64,000 nucleotides of DNA from Limnochordia bacterium (GTDB taxonomy: Bacteria > Bacillota > Limnochordia > DUMW01): positions 2,709 through 66,708 of the forward strand of contig JALNWK010000012.1 in assembly GCA_023230925.1 (NCBI GenBank), read 5' to 3'. Under the pieces are notes generated by a model that saw nothing but the letters and a program-made list of their open reading frames with translations, searched no databases and had not been told where the DNA came from. Position 1 is the first letter of the stretch. Every line of letters starts with the position of its first letter. A program made the position numbers and the translations under genes. This document shows positions 36,771 to 45,771 of the stretch, in pieces.

Positions 36771-38495
36771 TTGCGCAGATTTCTAGTCGCCTTGACTCTT
36801 GTGTGCGGATTATTAATTCCTCAAGATCCGGTCTGGGCTCTTGATCTTTCCGCAATTGCCGCTCTACCTTTTATGACATCTTCTCAGTTAACGGTAGAAC
36901 ATACCCCCTATGATGGTATCGTTCTCTATCGGCTTGAACAAGCTACCCCTCGTCCTTTGCTGATCCATATCATGCAGGTAGACCTAAGTAATGGAAATAT
37001 CAGTCTGGATCTGTTACTAGGGGATAATGTCTTGACTAGACCCCGCACAATTACAAGCATGGTGGAGCAACAAAGGGATATCGTAGCCGCGTGTAATAGT
37101 GACTTCTTTTACATTTCCTCTACTCAATCTCCGGTGGGACTAGCGATCAAGGACAGCGTTATCATTAAAAGCGATAACCCTGAACTTAAACGACCATGCT
37201 TTGGCTGGGATAATGCGGGCAAGGGTTATATCGGTTATTGGTCGTGGCATGGCGAACTAGTCATTCCGGCAATTAACCAAGTGTATCCCATTGCAACATT
37301 AAATGACATTCATATTCCCTCCGAGGGGCTGGTAATGTATAACTGGATGTGGGGTACTAAACTGCCCCAAAACATTGTACAGCAGGCAAACCTAGCCATA
37401 ACTGTCCTAGATAACCTAGTCAGTGATATCCAGCCGGATCCGCTTGGGATCACGGTTAATAAAGAAGCTATTTACCTGCTAGCCTTTGGTACCACCGGGG
37501 ATGAGCTCCGTGAACAGGCCCGACTTGGTACCGAGGTCTTAATCCAACAATCCTTTGATGGACCAGACAATCTACAGCTAGCTGTCTGTGGATATCCCAT
37601 GCTCATCGAAGATGGGGTCGTACAAAGGGACTTTCCCGATTGGCTCAATGGCCCTAACCCGAGAACTGCTGTGGGATTGAATAAACAAGGTACTACACTG
37701 ACGCTCGTTGTCGTAGATGGCCGTTCCCAGGTAAGCTATGGATTGACTTTAGATCAGCTTGCGCAACTACTAAAAACAATAGGTCTTCACTCTGCCCTCA
37801 ATTTTGATGGAGGCGGGTCCTCGACAATGGTACTGCGTCAACCAATGGGCCGAGCAATGGTGGTTAATACCTTACCCGGCAACACTCAACGGGCAGTTCC
37901 CGTTGCCCTCGCCCTTGGCAGCGTTCCAACAACTATCTTGAGTCGGGCTGATGTTTGGGTATCCGTTGCTCCTAGATATGCTACCTATTCCCTTACTACC
38001 TTTGAGCAAGGTTCATTTAAGATAGTCTCTACTCCGGAATCACATCTAGGGTCCTTGGATATTACCCAGGGACCTGCCTTTGAAGATGGTACAACCCCAC
38101 CAGCAGCAAAACTGACCTTCAGCACATCAACTACCCTACGGCGCCGGGAGATCTCTTTAATGCCGGAGACGCCAGTCAAGTTACCGGGCGGAATAAAACA
38201 ACTTGGGGTCTGGGTTTACAGTGAACAGGAAGCATCCTTCCCCATTGAGGCAGTAATACTGGATATTAATGGCGAGCCGCACCGCCTAGTCTTGGCGGAT
38301 TCCATAGACTGGACTGGTTGGATGTACATCATGGCCAATATCCCTGATACGCTACAACCTGAGACACTTACGGCCCTAAGCGTAGTGATGCCCGCCTTAA
38401 CCAGGGGAAGTCTTGATACTATTTACTTCGGGGAGGTGCTAGCTGGAGTTGACAGTCAGAGAAAGCCTTCCACGAAATGGCAGATTGTTCCGTAG
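36771..38495 (+). CDS. Phosphodiester glycosidase family protein (NAGPA/DUF2233 domain), secreted
   Basis: The protein has a signal peptide and the motifs AACNSDFF...PRTAVGLNKQGTTLTLVVVDGR...ALNFDGGGSSTM typical of the family. Confidence 0.8.
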   Translation: MRRFLVALTLVCGLLIPQDPVWALDLSAIAALPFMTSSQLTVEHTPYDGIVLYRLEQATPRPLLIHIMQVDLSNGNISLDLLLGDNVLTRPRTITSMVEQQRDIVAACNSDFFYISSTQSPVGLAIKDSVIIKSDNPELKRPCFGWDNAGKGYIGYWSWHGELVIPAINQVYPIATLNDIHIPSEGLVMYNWMWGTKLPQNIVQQANLAITVLDNLVSDIQPDPLGITVNKEAIYLLAFGTTGDELREQARLGTEVLIQQSFDGPDNLQLAVCGYPMLIEDGVVQRDFPDWLNGPNPRTAVGLNKQGTTLTLVVVDGRSQVSYGLTLDQLAQLLKTIGLHSALNFDGGGSSTMVLRQPMGRAMVVNTLPGNTQRAVPVALALGSVPTTILSRADVWVSVAPRYATYSLTTFEQGSFKIVSTPESHLGSLDITQGPAFEDGTTPPAAKLTFSTSTTLRRREISLMPETPVKLPGGIKQLGVWVYSEQEASFPIEAVILDINGEPHRLVLADSIDWTGWMYIMANIPDTLQPETLTALSVVMPALTRGSLDTIYFGEVLAGVDSQRKPSTKWQIVP

Positions 38496-38519
38496 AATAA
38501 CCATCGCTGCCTCTTTCCT

Positions 38520-38909
38520 TTAGTCTTGCAGATAGACCTGTATCGTGATCTTAACCCATTTGCCGAATCGCTCTTTATCTTCTACAACTCCATAGATAAG
38601 CTTCCCCGCATCCATTAGACGCGCGATGATCTGATTCGTTTCCTTAGGCAGATATCCCACCTTATTCCCTTCTGTGTCTTTGATCACAATAGCCAGATTA
38701 TCGTAGATGTTCTCCGGCTCCCGGAAAAAGTGGAGTTTGGTTCCTGGGATGAGTTTTTCCTCAATATCGTCGATGTTATCTACATAGGAAGTCCCTGCAA
38801 CATGGGTCTCAACTAGGAATATTTCCCGGGAGAAGGGCTTGGCAAGACTGCCCTTTGCACCGATCAAGCTAATTAGAAGTCCACCATCGGATTTTGCAAT
38901 GTTACTCAT
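38520..38909 (-). CDS. HIRAN domain protein (stand-alone)
   Basis: The sequence THVAGTSYVDNI...GTKLHFFREPENIYDNLAIVIKDTEGNKVGYLPKETNQIIARLMDAG matches the HIRAN pattern. The product is 129 aa. Confidence 0.8.
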   Translation of the reverse strand: MSNIAKSDGGLLISLIGAKGSLAKPFSREIFLVETHVAGTSYVDNIDDIEEKLIPGTKLHFFREPENIYDNLAIVIKDTEGNKVGYLPKETNQIIARLMDAGKLIYGVVEDKERFGKWVKITIQVYLQD

Positions 38910-38920
38910 TCTTTCTCAAC

Positions 38921-39742
38921 TCAATTCTGGCACGTATTTGCGCTGAGAATCAATACTGTCAGATATCGCCGCAGTTCCTCTAGTGTCTTTTTGGCTTGCT
39001 CAATTGCCGAACGTAACTCCCCTTGCTTATGTTTTATTTGCTCCGCATCCCGGAGGAAGTCACTAAGGTTAAAGGGAAATATTTGTTTTATCTTCTCGAT
39101 TTCCAGTAGCAAATCCTTCATTCTCTTTTCCAATAGCCGGATCTTTTCTTTTAGTTCTTCAACGGCACTGAGGCTGCCATTAGATGACGACTCACCCTGC
39201 AAAATCAGTTCGGAGAGTACCCCTAACATCTCGACATTACCGGTGCAATATGCATCGGTGGCCTGGTTCCAAAGGGCCTTTTGCTCATCGGTCAAGCTTG
39301 GGTTTATGTCAGGATGAAGTACCTTGACAATCGAGCGATAGAGCTTCTTAACCTCTGCGGTCTCCTCTTGACTTAGCTTAGGACACTCATTAAGGTAGTC
39401 TGCCAGATCAATTTCCGCTGCCATTTCCTTGAGGCGTTCCATGTATTCCTCATATTCTTGATCGAGCTGTTGTTCCAGTTGCCGTTGATTAAATGAAACT
39501 TGCTGGTTAATGCATGCTTGAACCATCTGGATCTTCCGCCTAGTCCGTGCGATATCACACTCTAATTGAAACAGGTCGTATTCAAGTGTCCCAATCTTCA
39601 TGATGTACTCGGTCTTCAGTCTGGTCGCCTGATGGTAAATTAGATCCGCTCTGTGCTCGATAATGACAGCAAGTTGTCTTTGCAGCCGGGTATACTCATT
39701 GAGGACTGCTTCGTATTCAGGGTTCATGATTAGCCCCGACAT
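38921..39742 (-). CDS. Coiled-coil protein with an internal J-domain-like segment (HPD motif)
   Basis: KKLYRSIVKVLHPDINPSLTDEQKALWNQATDAYCTGNVEML resembles J-domain helix II, the HPD tripeptide and helix III, and is flanked by heptad-like coiled coil. A strong SD, GGAAGGAGGGGG, precedes the gene. Confidence 0.6.
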   Translation of the reverse strand: MSGLIMNPEYEAVLNEYTRLQRQLAVIIEHRADLIYHQATRLKTEYIMKIGTLEYDLFQLECDIARTRRKIQMVQACINQQVSFNQRQLEQQLDQEYEEYMERLKEMAAEIDLADYLNECPKLSQEETAEVKKLYRSIVKVLHPDINPSLTDEQKALWNQATDAYCTGNVEMLGVLSELILQGESSSNGSLSAVEELKEKIRLLEKRMKDLLLEIEKIKQIFPFNLSDFLRDAEQIKHKQGELRSAIEQAKKTLEELRRYLTVLILSANTCQN

Positions 39743-39787
39743 ATTCCCCCTCCTTCCTCAGGGCATTACAAGGGGTGAAGTCCCACC

Positions 39788-42700
39788 CTAATCTAAAAGT
39801 ACTATGGCATTGATACAAATGTTCCCCCAGTGATCGTACATTGTGTCCACGGTATTGGTGATGGTCAAAACCTGATCCCCTTCAGTGGCCCTAAACCGAA
39901 TAACATACAACTTATTGAAGTGTCCCTCCGGATTGTCGCAGACAAGTAGATAGTCCGACTCTTTAGCGTCGCTCAACGATACCCTTAAGTCAGCCTTTGC
40001 CCGCCAGCCCCCAGCATAAACCCACACCTCTTGGATACTATCGGTGGCAGGTATTACCGCTTGCCAGCCATGCCCGCGATCATGGAAGACGCCTCCACTT
40101 AATGAATTGCGATACTCCCGACGGGGCGTTCCCCCCGTCCACGACACACTGACAGAATTATCGTCTTGCAGGCCTATTCTCCCCTTACCTAACTCGGTGA
40201 AGGTGATTAGATCCTTGCCGAGGGCACGGTTAGTCGGCATATGGGAGAAACCGGGCAGTGCAGGATGCCCTTGGTTCTCTCCTCCCAAATGGATCCAATC
40301 CTTTGCTTGCAGTTGTCCAAGGTCTAAGGTTCCACTGGCTTCCCGTACTAAGACAGTGAGGGCATCACTAACAGTCACTATCCGTTCTGCTGTGATCCCA
40401 GAGCCGTCCATGGCTGTCGCCATGACTTTCACTTGGCCCACAGACCTACCTGTTAGTAGGCCAGTAGGTCCAATCTCGGCCTCTCCATCTAGAACGATTA
40501 CAGACCACCTCACTTGCTCATTGGAGGCATTAGCCGGTGATACGGTCACCTGCATCTGCACCGGCATACCGATAAAAACAATATCTGAGGCTTTTGTCTG
40601 CTCTATGGCGATTTCCTCTACGAGAACACTTGGTAAGGTTGGGCTGCTACCGCTTTGGTTAAATACCTGGATTTCAGTAAGCCCAACCGAAACACCCTCG
40701 GGATTTATGAGCAACACTCTCAGCCTTTTGGAGACTACCGGTGCAAAAGTCACGGTGTTAAGAAGGCCCCTTGGTGTTTCCGGCTGTTTATGCTCGCAGA
40801 ATACATCTAGCCAGGTATCTTTCTCTCCATCAAAGTACTGAATCTTGTAACTTAGGGGAGGAATGATGTTAGCCTGATCATTGAAGAAGTAGAGTTTTAC
40901 CGTATCAAAGACAGTGTTAACACCAAAATCAATCTGGTACCAGTCTTGTCTACGTGATGAGCCTTGGGTGGTCCATTTAGGTTCACTTGTGGTACTGCCA
41001 TCTACGGCACCGAAGACCCGGTTTTGATTACACGATGCCGTATGCTTAGGGTAGGCTCCATCGGTCCGTAATGCCAGATTAGTCATTTTCTCTTTAGAAA
41101 GGTCAACGCCGATTAGCCCAAAGAACGATGCCAGTCTGTCATTTGTGCAGCTTACCTCAAGGGCACTTTTCAGGGGATAGGGTCTATTGTAGCTAATCTC
41201 GGCATGTTGATCTAGAAAGCTAATTCTCCCTTCCTCTGAGTCCCAGATAAGATGTACAAGGCTATCCACCGTAAAGCTCCTGGTCCCATTAACGTACACG
41301 GAATATCCCTCGGGAACATCCTGGTAGTACTGTTTTCCATCATCGGGTCTATCCCATACAATTGTTAGGTCGACACCGTGGTACCTAAGGTTATCTATAG
41401 CAAAATGATCCCAGCCAATATCGATAGGATATAGCTCCAGTTTAGTGTCGGTTCGGGGTGTTAATCCGGCGATATCTTCAATCAGAAACACGTTGTACTT
41501 GGAATGAAAGTTATGATGTATCCACGACCGATATCCGATCTGACCATTATCCCAGTCACTGAAAAATTCATTAGCATCTGGGTAATCTCCATTACCGTCT
41601 ACGTACAAGGCAAAGGTGTACCAGTATAGAAGCTCCTTGAACATATCGACCGAGATGTATTCCGAAGGATATTCCTTAATCACCCTAGCAAGAAAAGAGA
41701 GGGTTACGCCGGTAGGCGCAGGTGCAAAGTTACGACTGATACCACAACCTGCAGCCTTTGCCGCGTGGTAATCCTTCACATTACTAACATAGGCCGGCCA
41801 AATAACAAATCCAGACCGATCTCCCCATAGCCTTAAAGCCTCTCTGTAAACGGAGTCATCCTTTGGAACCATCTCCATGGTAAAGGGATAATAGTTGTTG
41901 ATTTCCTTCCAGGGAACGAAGGCATTAGAGCTGATGTCCCTATGCAGAAATAGCTTTGACTCGGGGTCCCACAGGAAATCAATCAAGGCCTTTTGCATCT
42001 TCCCGGCCACTTCTGCCAATTCATCGGCCTTCGTCTCATTTCCCAAATAGCGGTACATTCTAGATACCGCTAGGCCGTTGGCATAAGGGTAAGCACTGTC
42101 GAGGCGTTCTTGGACATTACTGTAGAATAGAGAAGTAGTATCCGCATCCCAGGCATCGTACTGGTTCTCCGTTAGATAATTGCCGTTTCTGTCGTACAGT
42201 CTTAAAGTGTCATAGAAATCCTGCTCACCGTATTCTGCAAACACCTGCAGAATCTCTGACCCACCCCCATGGACTTTATAGGTCTCCCATCCCGCCTTGG
42301 AGACGTATTGTGAACCGGTACGTCTTCCCCAATGGGGGCTTCCAGGATTGTCCCTGAAGGCACCACCACCCGAGGTTTGTCCTAGAGTAAGCCAAGTCCC
42401 GTAGGTATAAATGGGGGAACGTAGGTAGCGACCTTCATCTAATTGCCAGGGCAGCGCATTGGTGATGGCATTGTTATACCCTAAAACGCCCTCCATAAAA
42501 GTTGGAAACATATAGCTATAACCGGGTAAATCGGCATCGCAGGTATTGTACCTGACAATCCACCAGCGGTAATAGGCCATTTTCTTGATATACGGGTCCG
42601 GTACATCAATATAGGGGACATTGTCCACCCACCAACGATTGTAAGAGTTAACATGAGTCGAAAAGGCTGTATGCGCATCATAGGCCTTATATTCTTCGTA

Positions 42701-43486
42701 TTCCTCTTTGGATTCAGGGATCTCCTCAGTAATAAAGCCCATAAGGACCTTGGTCTCCACTGTTTGATGGGGCTCTAAGACTATCTGTCCCACTAACCGC
42801 TGGCCCACCGGCACAAGCCCCTCCCCAAAGAGCCTTGTCTGGACCATAGTCAAGTTCCTCGGAGCGGCAAACTCTCCTCTAAGTTCCCCTTCCGTGGTTG
42901 TGGATACTAGGGGCGAGCGCACCGTCATCTGCAACCGTTGCGTCTCTTCGGTATTATTCGTAAACCCAAGCACCGTAACCGCCACGTTCTGCTCGGTGAT
43001 AAACTTCTTTACGGTAACCGTAACACCCGTCCGGCTATTGTATGTACTTCTCCAATGACTCGGAAAGCTCGCCCGGTCATTAACATCTTCAGTAAAGAAG
43101 CTGGGCGCGAATGTGATGGAATAGGCACCTTTCCCCAAGCCATCAATATAGGCAAGGTCACCCCCAAATCCTACTACAGCGGGGTTATGGGACCGCATGT
43201 ATACAGTCCTGCCTTTGGTAAGTAAATAGTCCCCCGCAGGGTCCTTACCGTACCGTGCTAGCATCCTATCAATCCAGAAGTCATTGCCATTTTCTTCTAC
43301 GGTGTAAATCGTATGCAGCATCTGTCCTGGGGCAAATCCCACTGGCTCTTCCAAGGCTCCAGTACCAATAAGCCGGGGTAACCCAAGACTCACACACCCG
43401 TCATCAGCACCTAATACACCCACGACAACCAAGACAAGAAGCACCCATCTCCACCACTTACTCTCCTCCTTGGCCAATCCGTTCAC
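39788..43486 (-). CDS. Large secreted glycoside-hydrolase-like protein with discoidin (F5/8 type C) and Ig-like (Big_2) domains
   Basis: The product is 1232 aa with a signal peptide and a central (alpha/alpha)6-like region. A discoidin-like segment (WYQIDFGVNTVFDTVKLYFF) and a Big_2-like segment (VTVSPANASNEQVRWSV) are present. The GH family was not determined. Confidence 0.7.
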   Translation of the reverse strand: MNGLAKEESKWWRWVLLVLVVVGVLGADDGCVSLGLPRLIGTGALEEPVGFAPGQMLHTIYTVEENGNDFWIDRMLARYGKDPAGDYLLTKGRTVYMRSHNPAVVGFGGDLAYIDGLGKGAYSITFAPSFFTEDVNDRASFPSHWRSTYNSRTGVTVTVKKFITEQNVAVTVLGFTNNTEETQRLQMTVRSPLVSTTTEGELRGEFAAPRNLTMVQTRLFGEGLVPVGQRLVGQIVLEPHQTVETKVLMGFITEEIPESKEEYEEYKAYDAHTAFSTHVNSYNRWWVDNVPYIDVPDPYIKKMAYYRWWIVRYNTCDADLPGYSYMFPTFMEGVLGYNNAITNALPWQLDEGRYLRSPIYTYGTWLTLGQTSGGGAFRDNPGSPHWGRRTGSQYVSKAGWETYKVHGGGSEILQVFAEYGEQDFYDTLRLYDRNGNYLTENQYDAWDADTTSLFYSNVQERLDSAYPYANGLAVSRMYRYLGNETKADELAEVAGKMQKALIDFLWDPESKLFLHRDISSNAFVPWKEINNYYPFTMEMVPKDDSVYREALRLWGDRSGFVIWPAYVSNVKDYHAAKAAGCGISRNFAPAPTGVTLSFLARVIKEYPSEYISVDMFKELLYWYTFALYVDGNGDYPDANEFFSDWDNGQIGYRSWIHHNFHSKYNVFLIEDIAGLTPRTDTKLELYPIDIGWDHFAIDNLRYHGVDLTIVWDRPDDGKQYYQDVPEGYSVYVNGTRSFTVDSLVHLIWDSEEGRISFLDQHAEISYNRPYPLKSALEVSCTNDRLASFFGLIGVDLSKEKMTNLALRTDGAYPKHTASCNQNRVFGAVDGSTTSEPKWTTQGSSRRQDWYQIDFGVNTVFDTVKLYFFNDQANIIPPLSYKIQYFDGEKDTWLDVFCEHKQPETPRGLLNTVTFAPVVSKRLRVLLINPEGVSVGLTEIQVFNQSGSSPTLPSVLVEEIAIEQTKASDIVFIGMPVQMQVTVSPANASNEQVRWSVIVLDGEAEIGPTGLLTGRSVGQVKVMATAMDGSGITAERIVTVSDALTVLVREASGTLDLGQLQAKDWIHLGGENQGHPALPGFSHMPTNRALGKDLITFTELGKGRIGLQDDNSVSVSWTGGTPRREYRNSLSGGVFHDRGHGWQAVIPATDSIQEVWVYAGGWRAKADLRVSLSDAKESDYLLVCDNPEGHFNKLYVIRFRATEGDQVLTITNTVDTMYDHWGNICINAIVLLD

Positions 43487-43923
43487 CGAGACTTACCCCC
43501 CCAAACGTGGCAAGCCCCCGGTTCCCTCCCTTCCAGTACAAGACCTTTCCAATCCTATGACCTGCTCCGCGAATATTCCCGTGAGAGCCGGCTATCTATA
43601 CGAATCCTTGCCCCATCTGTTAGCAGGCTTGTATACCCCCCTACCCGACTAATCCATGATAGGGAGCTTCTCCCTTATTAGTTTCCAGTTCCTCCTTGGA
43701 TAGTCCTGCTTCGCTTTTCGATAGCCGCCCTCTGACCGTATCTACCTACCAACGCGACCCGAAGCAACCACATGGATCTGAAAGCATGCTGGTCATATCA
43801 ACACTAGTAGGACTAATATGTGCGGGCGTATAATATGGTTCAAAACAGGGAGCTCTTAATTTGCGGGTAAGATGTAAGGGGTATAGCTAGGGTGCTTGAC
43901 CACTCTTAGAAAGGCCTAGGAGA
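43487..43923 (-). other. Long (about 437 nt) non-coding region upstream of the glycoside-hydrolase-like gene
   Basis: No credible ORF lies on either strand. Several stems are visible on the minus strand: GCTTCG/CGAAGC, AGCAGG/CCTGCT and AGGGAG/CTCCCT. Confidence 0.4.
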
Positions 43924-43950
43924 ACAAAAAAGAGAGGTGTGCACCTCTCT
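43924..43950 (-). terminator. Intrinsic terminator downstream of rpsI
   Basis: On the minus strand, AGAGAGG-tgcaca-CCTCTCT is followed by TTTTTTG, 25 nt after the rpsI stop. Confidence 0.8.
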
Positions 43951-43974
43951 TTAATCTTGACAGCTTTACTACTA

Positions 43975-44373
43975 TTACCGTTTTGAAAACTGCGGCGCTT
44001 TCCGCGCTTTTTTCAGGCCGTACTTCTTTCGTTCCTTCATCCGTGGATCACGAGTAAGGTAACCCGCCTTTTTCAAAACAGGACGGTAGTTTTCATCTGC
44101 ATCAATTAATGCTCTTGCCAAACCATGGCGAACAGCACCTGCCTGGCCACTGAAACCGCCTCCGTTAACTGTGACAAAAACGTCATACTTTCCTTCCGTT
44201 CCTGTAACCGCTAATGGCTGACGAACAATGGTCTGCAGAACTGGGCGCTCAAAGTAGTCTACAATATCCTTATCGTTAACTACAATATTACCGCCGCCTT
44301 CAATTACACGTACCCGCGCTACAGAACACTTTCTGCGGCCCGTACCGTAATAGTATTGCTTCACTATCGCCAA
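43975..44373 (-). CDS. rpsI: 30S ribosomal protein S9
   Basis: [14 protein letters not shown]...[12 protein letters not shown] is the S9 signature. The start is TTG 44373, with GGAGG 8 nt upstream. Confidence 0.96.
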   Translation of the reverse strand: MAIVKQYYYGTGRRKCSVARVRVIEGGGNIVVNDKDIVDYFERPVLQTIVRQPLAVTGTEGKYDVFVTVNGGGFSGQAGAVRHGLARALIDADENYRPVLKKAGYLTRDPRMKERKKYGLKKARKAPQFSKR

Positions 44374-44392
44374 GTTGTACACCTCCCCTAGG

Positions 44393-44824
44393 TCAGATGT
44401 CTAACTCTTTCGGTTGCTGCGCCTGATGTGGATGCTCCGGTCCTGCATAGACTTTGAGCTTTCTAAACATCTGTCTGCCCAACCGATTGTGGGGAAGCAT
44501 GCCCCATACAGCTGCTCTAACAACCCGCTCAGGATTCTTCTCCAACACTTCGGCAGCAGTCACAGTCCGTAGACCACCGGGATACCCGGTATGCCTATAA
44601 TATACCTTATTTTCCCTCTTGTTGCCCGTCAAGACGATATCCTGGGCATTCGTGATTATTACATGATCGCCCACGTCTATATGGGGCGTATATATCACCT
44701 TATGTTTACCCTTAAGAATACTAGCTACTTGTGTCGCTAACCGACCCAAGGTCTTACCTTTGGCATCCACTACATACCATTGCCTTGTGATTTCCGCTGG
44801 TCGGGCCATATAGGTCTTACTCAA
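44393..44824 (-). CDS. rplM: 50S ribosomal protein L13
   Basis: [29 protein letters not shown] is the L13 signature. Confidence 0.96.
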   Translation of the reverse strand: MSKTYMARPAEITRQWYVVDAKGKTLGRLATQVASILKGKHKVIYTPHIDVGDHVIITNAQDIVLTGNKRENKVYYRHTGYPGGLRTVTAAEVLEKNPERVVRAAVWGMLPHNRLGRQMFRKLKVYAGPEHPHQAQQPKELDI

Positions 44825-44925
44825 TTTGGTGTCACCCCTCGTGCCAAACTAGGCTGCATCAGTCCAGATACGGGCGGGGCTAGGACCAACATCCGGAGCA
44901 AAATGCACTGCCTGATAAACCGACA
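44825..44925 (-). promoter_or_regulatory. rplM 5' leader (possible L13-type autoregulatory leader)
   Basis: This is an about 100-nt untranslated stretch between the predicted promoter and the rplM start. An L13 leader RNA is known upstream of rplM in Firmicutes. The structure was not verified here. Confidence 0.3.
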
Positions 44926-44931
44926 TTGTCC

Positions 44932-44960
44932 ATTCTAATACACACGTTAGAGACTGTCAA
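44932..44960 (-). promoter_or_regulatory. Promoter of rplM-rpsI
   Basis: On the minus strand, TTGACA (44960-44955), a 17-nt spacer and TAGAAT (44937-44932). Confidence 0.6.
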
Positions 44961-45003
44961 GCATCAATCTAGCGTCCACTGGGATAATGCCGTTAGGTCC
45001 TGG

Positions 45004-45771
45004 TTACCCATAGTAGACCTCTTTGAGGTACAAACCGCAAGCAGGTGCTGTGGCCCCGGCCATCTTCCGATCCTTGGCCTTGAGGATTTGTTCCATATCC
45101 CCAGGCTCCCTTCGTTGTAATCCCACTTCGACTAACGTACCAATGATGTTACGCACCATCTTGTATAAGAAACCATTAGCCGTAATTGAAAAAACAACCA
45201 AAGGGTAATCACCCGGCAGTATCCGCTCTTCTACCTCCAATCGATCCACACGTCGCACAAAGGTTTTAACACTGCTTTTACTGGCACAAAAGGAGGTGAA
45301 ATCTTGTTCCCCGGTCAGGTAAGGTAAGGCTGCATTAAGCAAGCGCACATCTAGGGAGCGATTCAAAAACCAAGCTCTATCCCGCCACAATGCAGAAGGT
45401 TGGGTGCTGACATAGACCCAGTACTCATAGGTTTTTCCCACTGCAGAAAAGCATGCATGAAAATCGGGATGTGCCTCCCATGACCTCCGTATCCTAAGCC
45501 CAGGCGGTAATAGTCTATTTAGGGCGTAGGAAAAACGCTCCCCAGGAATTCCTGAAGTGGTATGGAAATTGACCACTTGTCCCCAAGCATGAACCCCAGA
45601 GTCGGTACGTCCCGCACCGATCACCCCGACATCCTCCCCGGTCAGTATCTTAAGCGCATCGGTTAGGGTTCCTTGGACCGTGGGTCCCTGGGCTTGAATC
45701 TGGAACCCGTAGAAACTGGACCCGCAGTATTCAACTAACATCGCGATGTTTCGCATTCTCTGCCCCACCAT
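45004..45771 (-). CDS. truA: tRNA pseudouridine(38-40) synthase TruA
   Basis: LVEYCGSSFYGFQIQ...GAGRTDSGVHAWGQV carries the catalytic Asp motif. An alternative start lies at 45756. Confidence 0.93.
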   Translation of the reverse strand: MVGQRMRNIAMLVEYCGSSFYGFQIQAQGPTVQGTLTDALKILTGEDVGVIGAGRTDSGVHAWGQVVNFHTTSGIPGERFSYALNRLLPPGLRIRRSWEAHPDFHACFSAVGKTYEYWVYVSTQPSALWRDRAWFLNRSLDVRLLNAALPYLTGEQDFTSFCASKSSVKTFVRRVDRLEVEERILPGDYPLVVFSITANGFLYKMVRNIIGTLVEVGLQRREPGDMEQILKAKDRKMAGATAPACGLYLKEVYYG

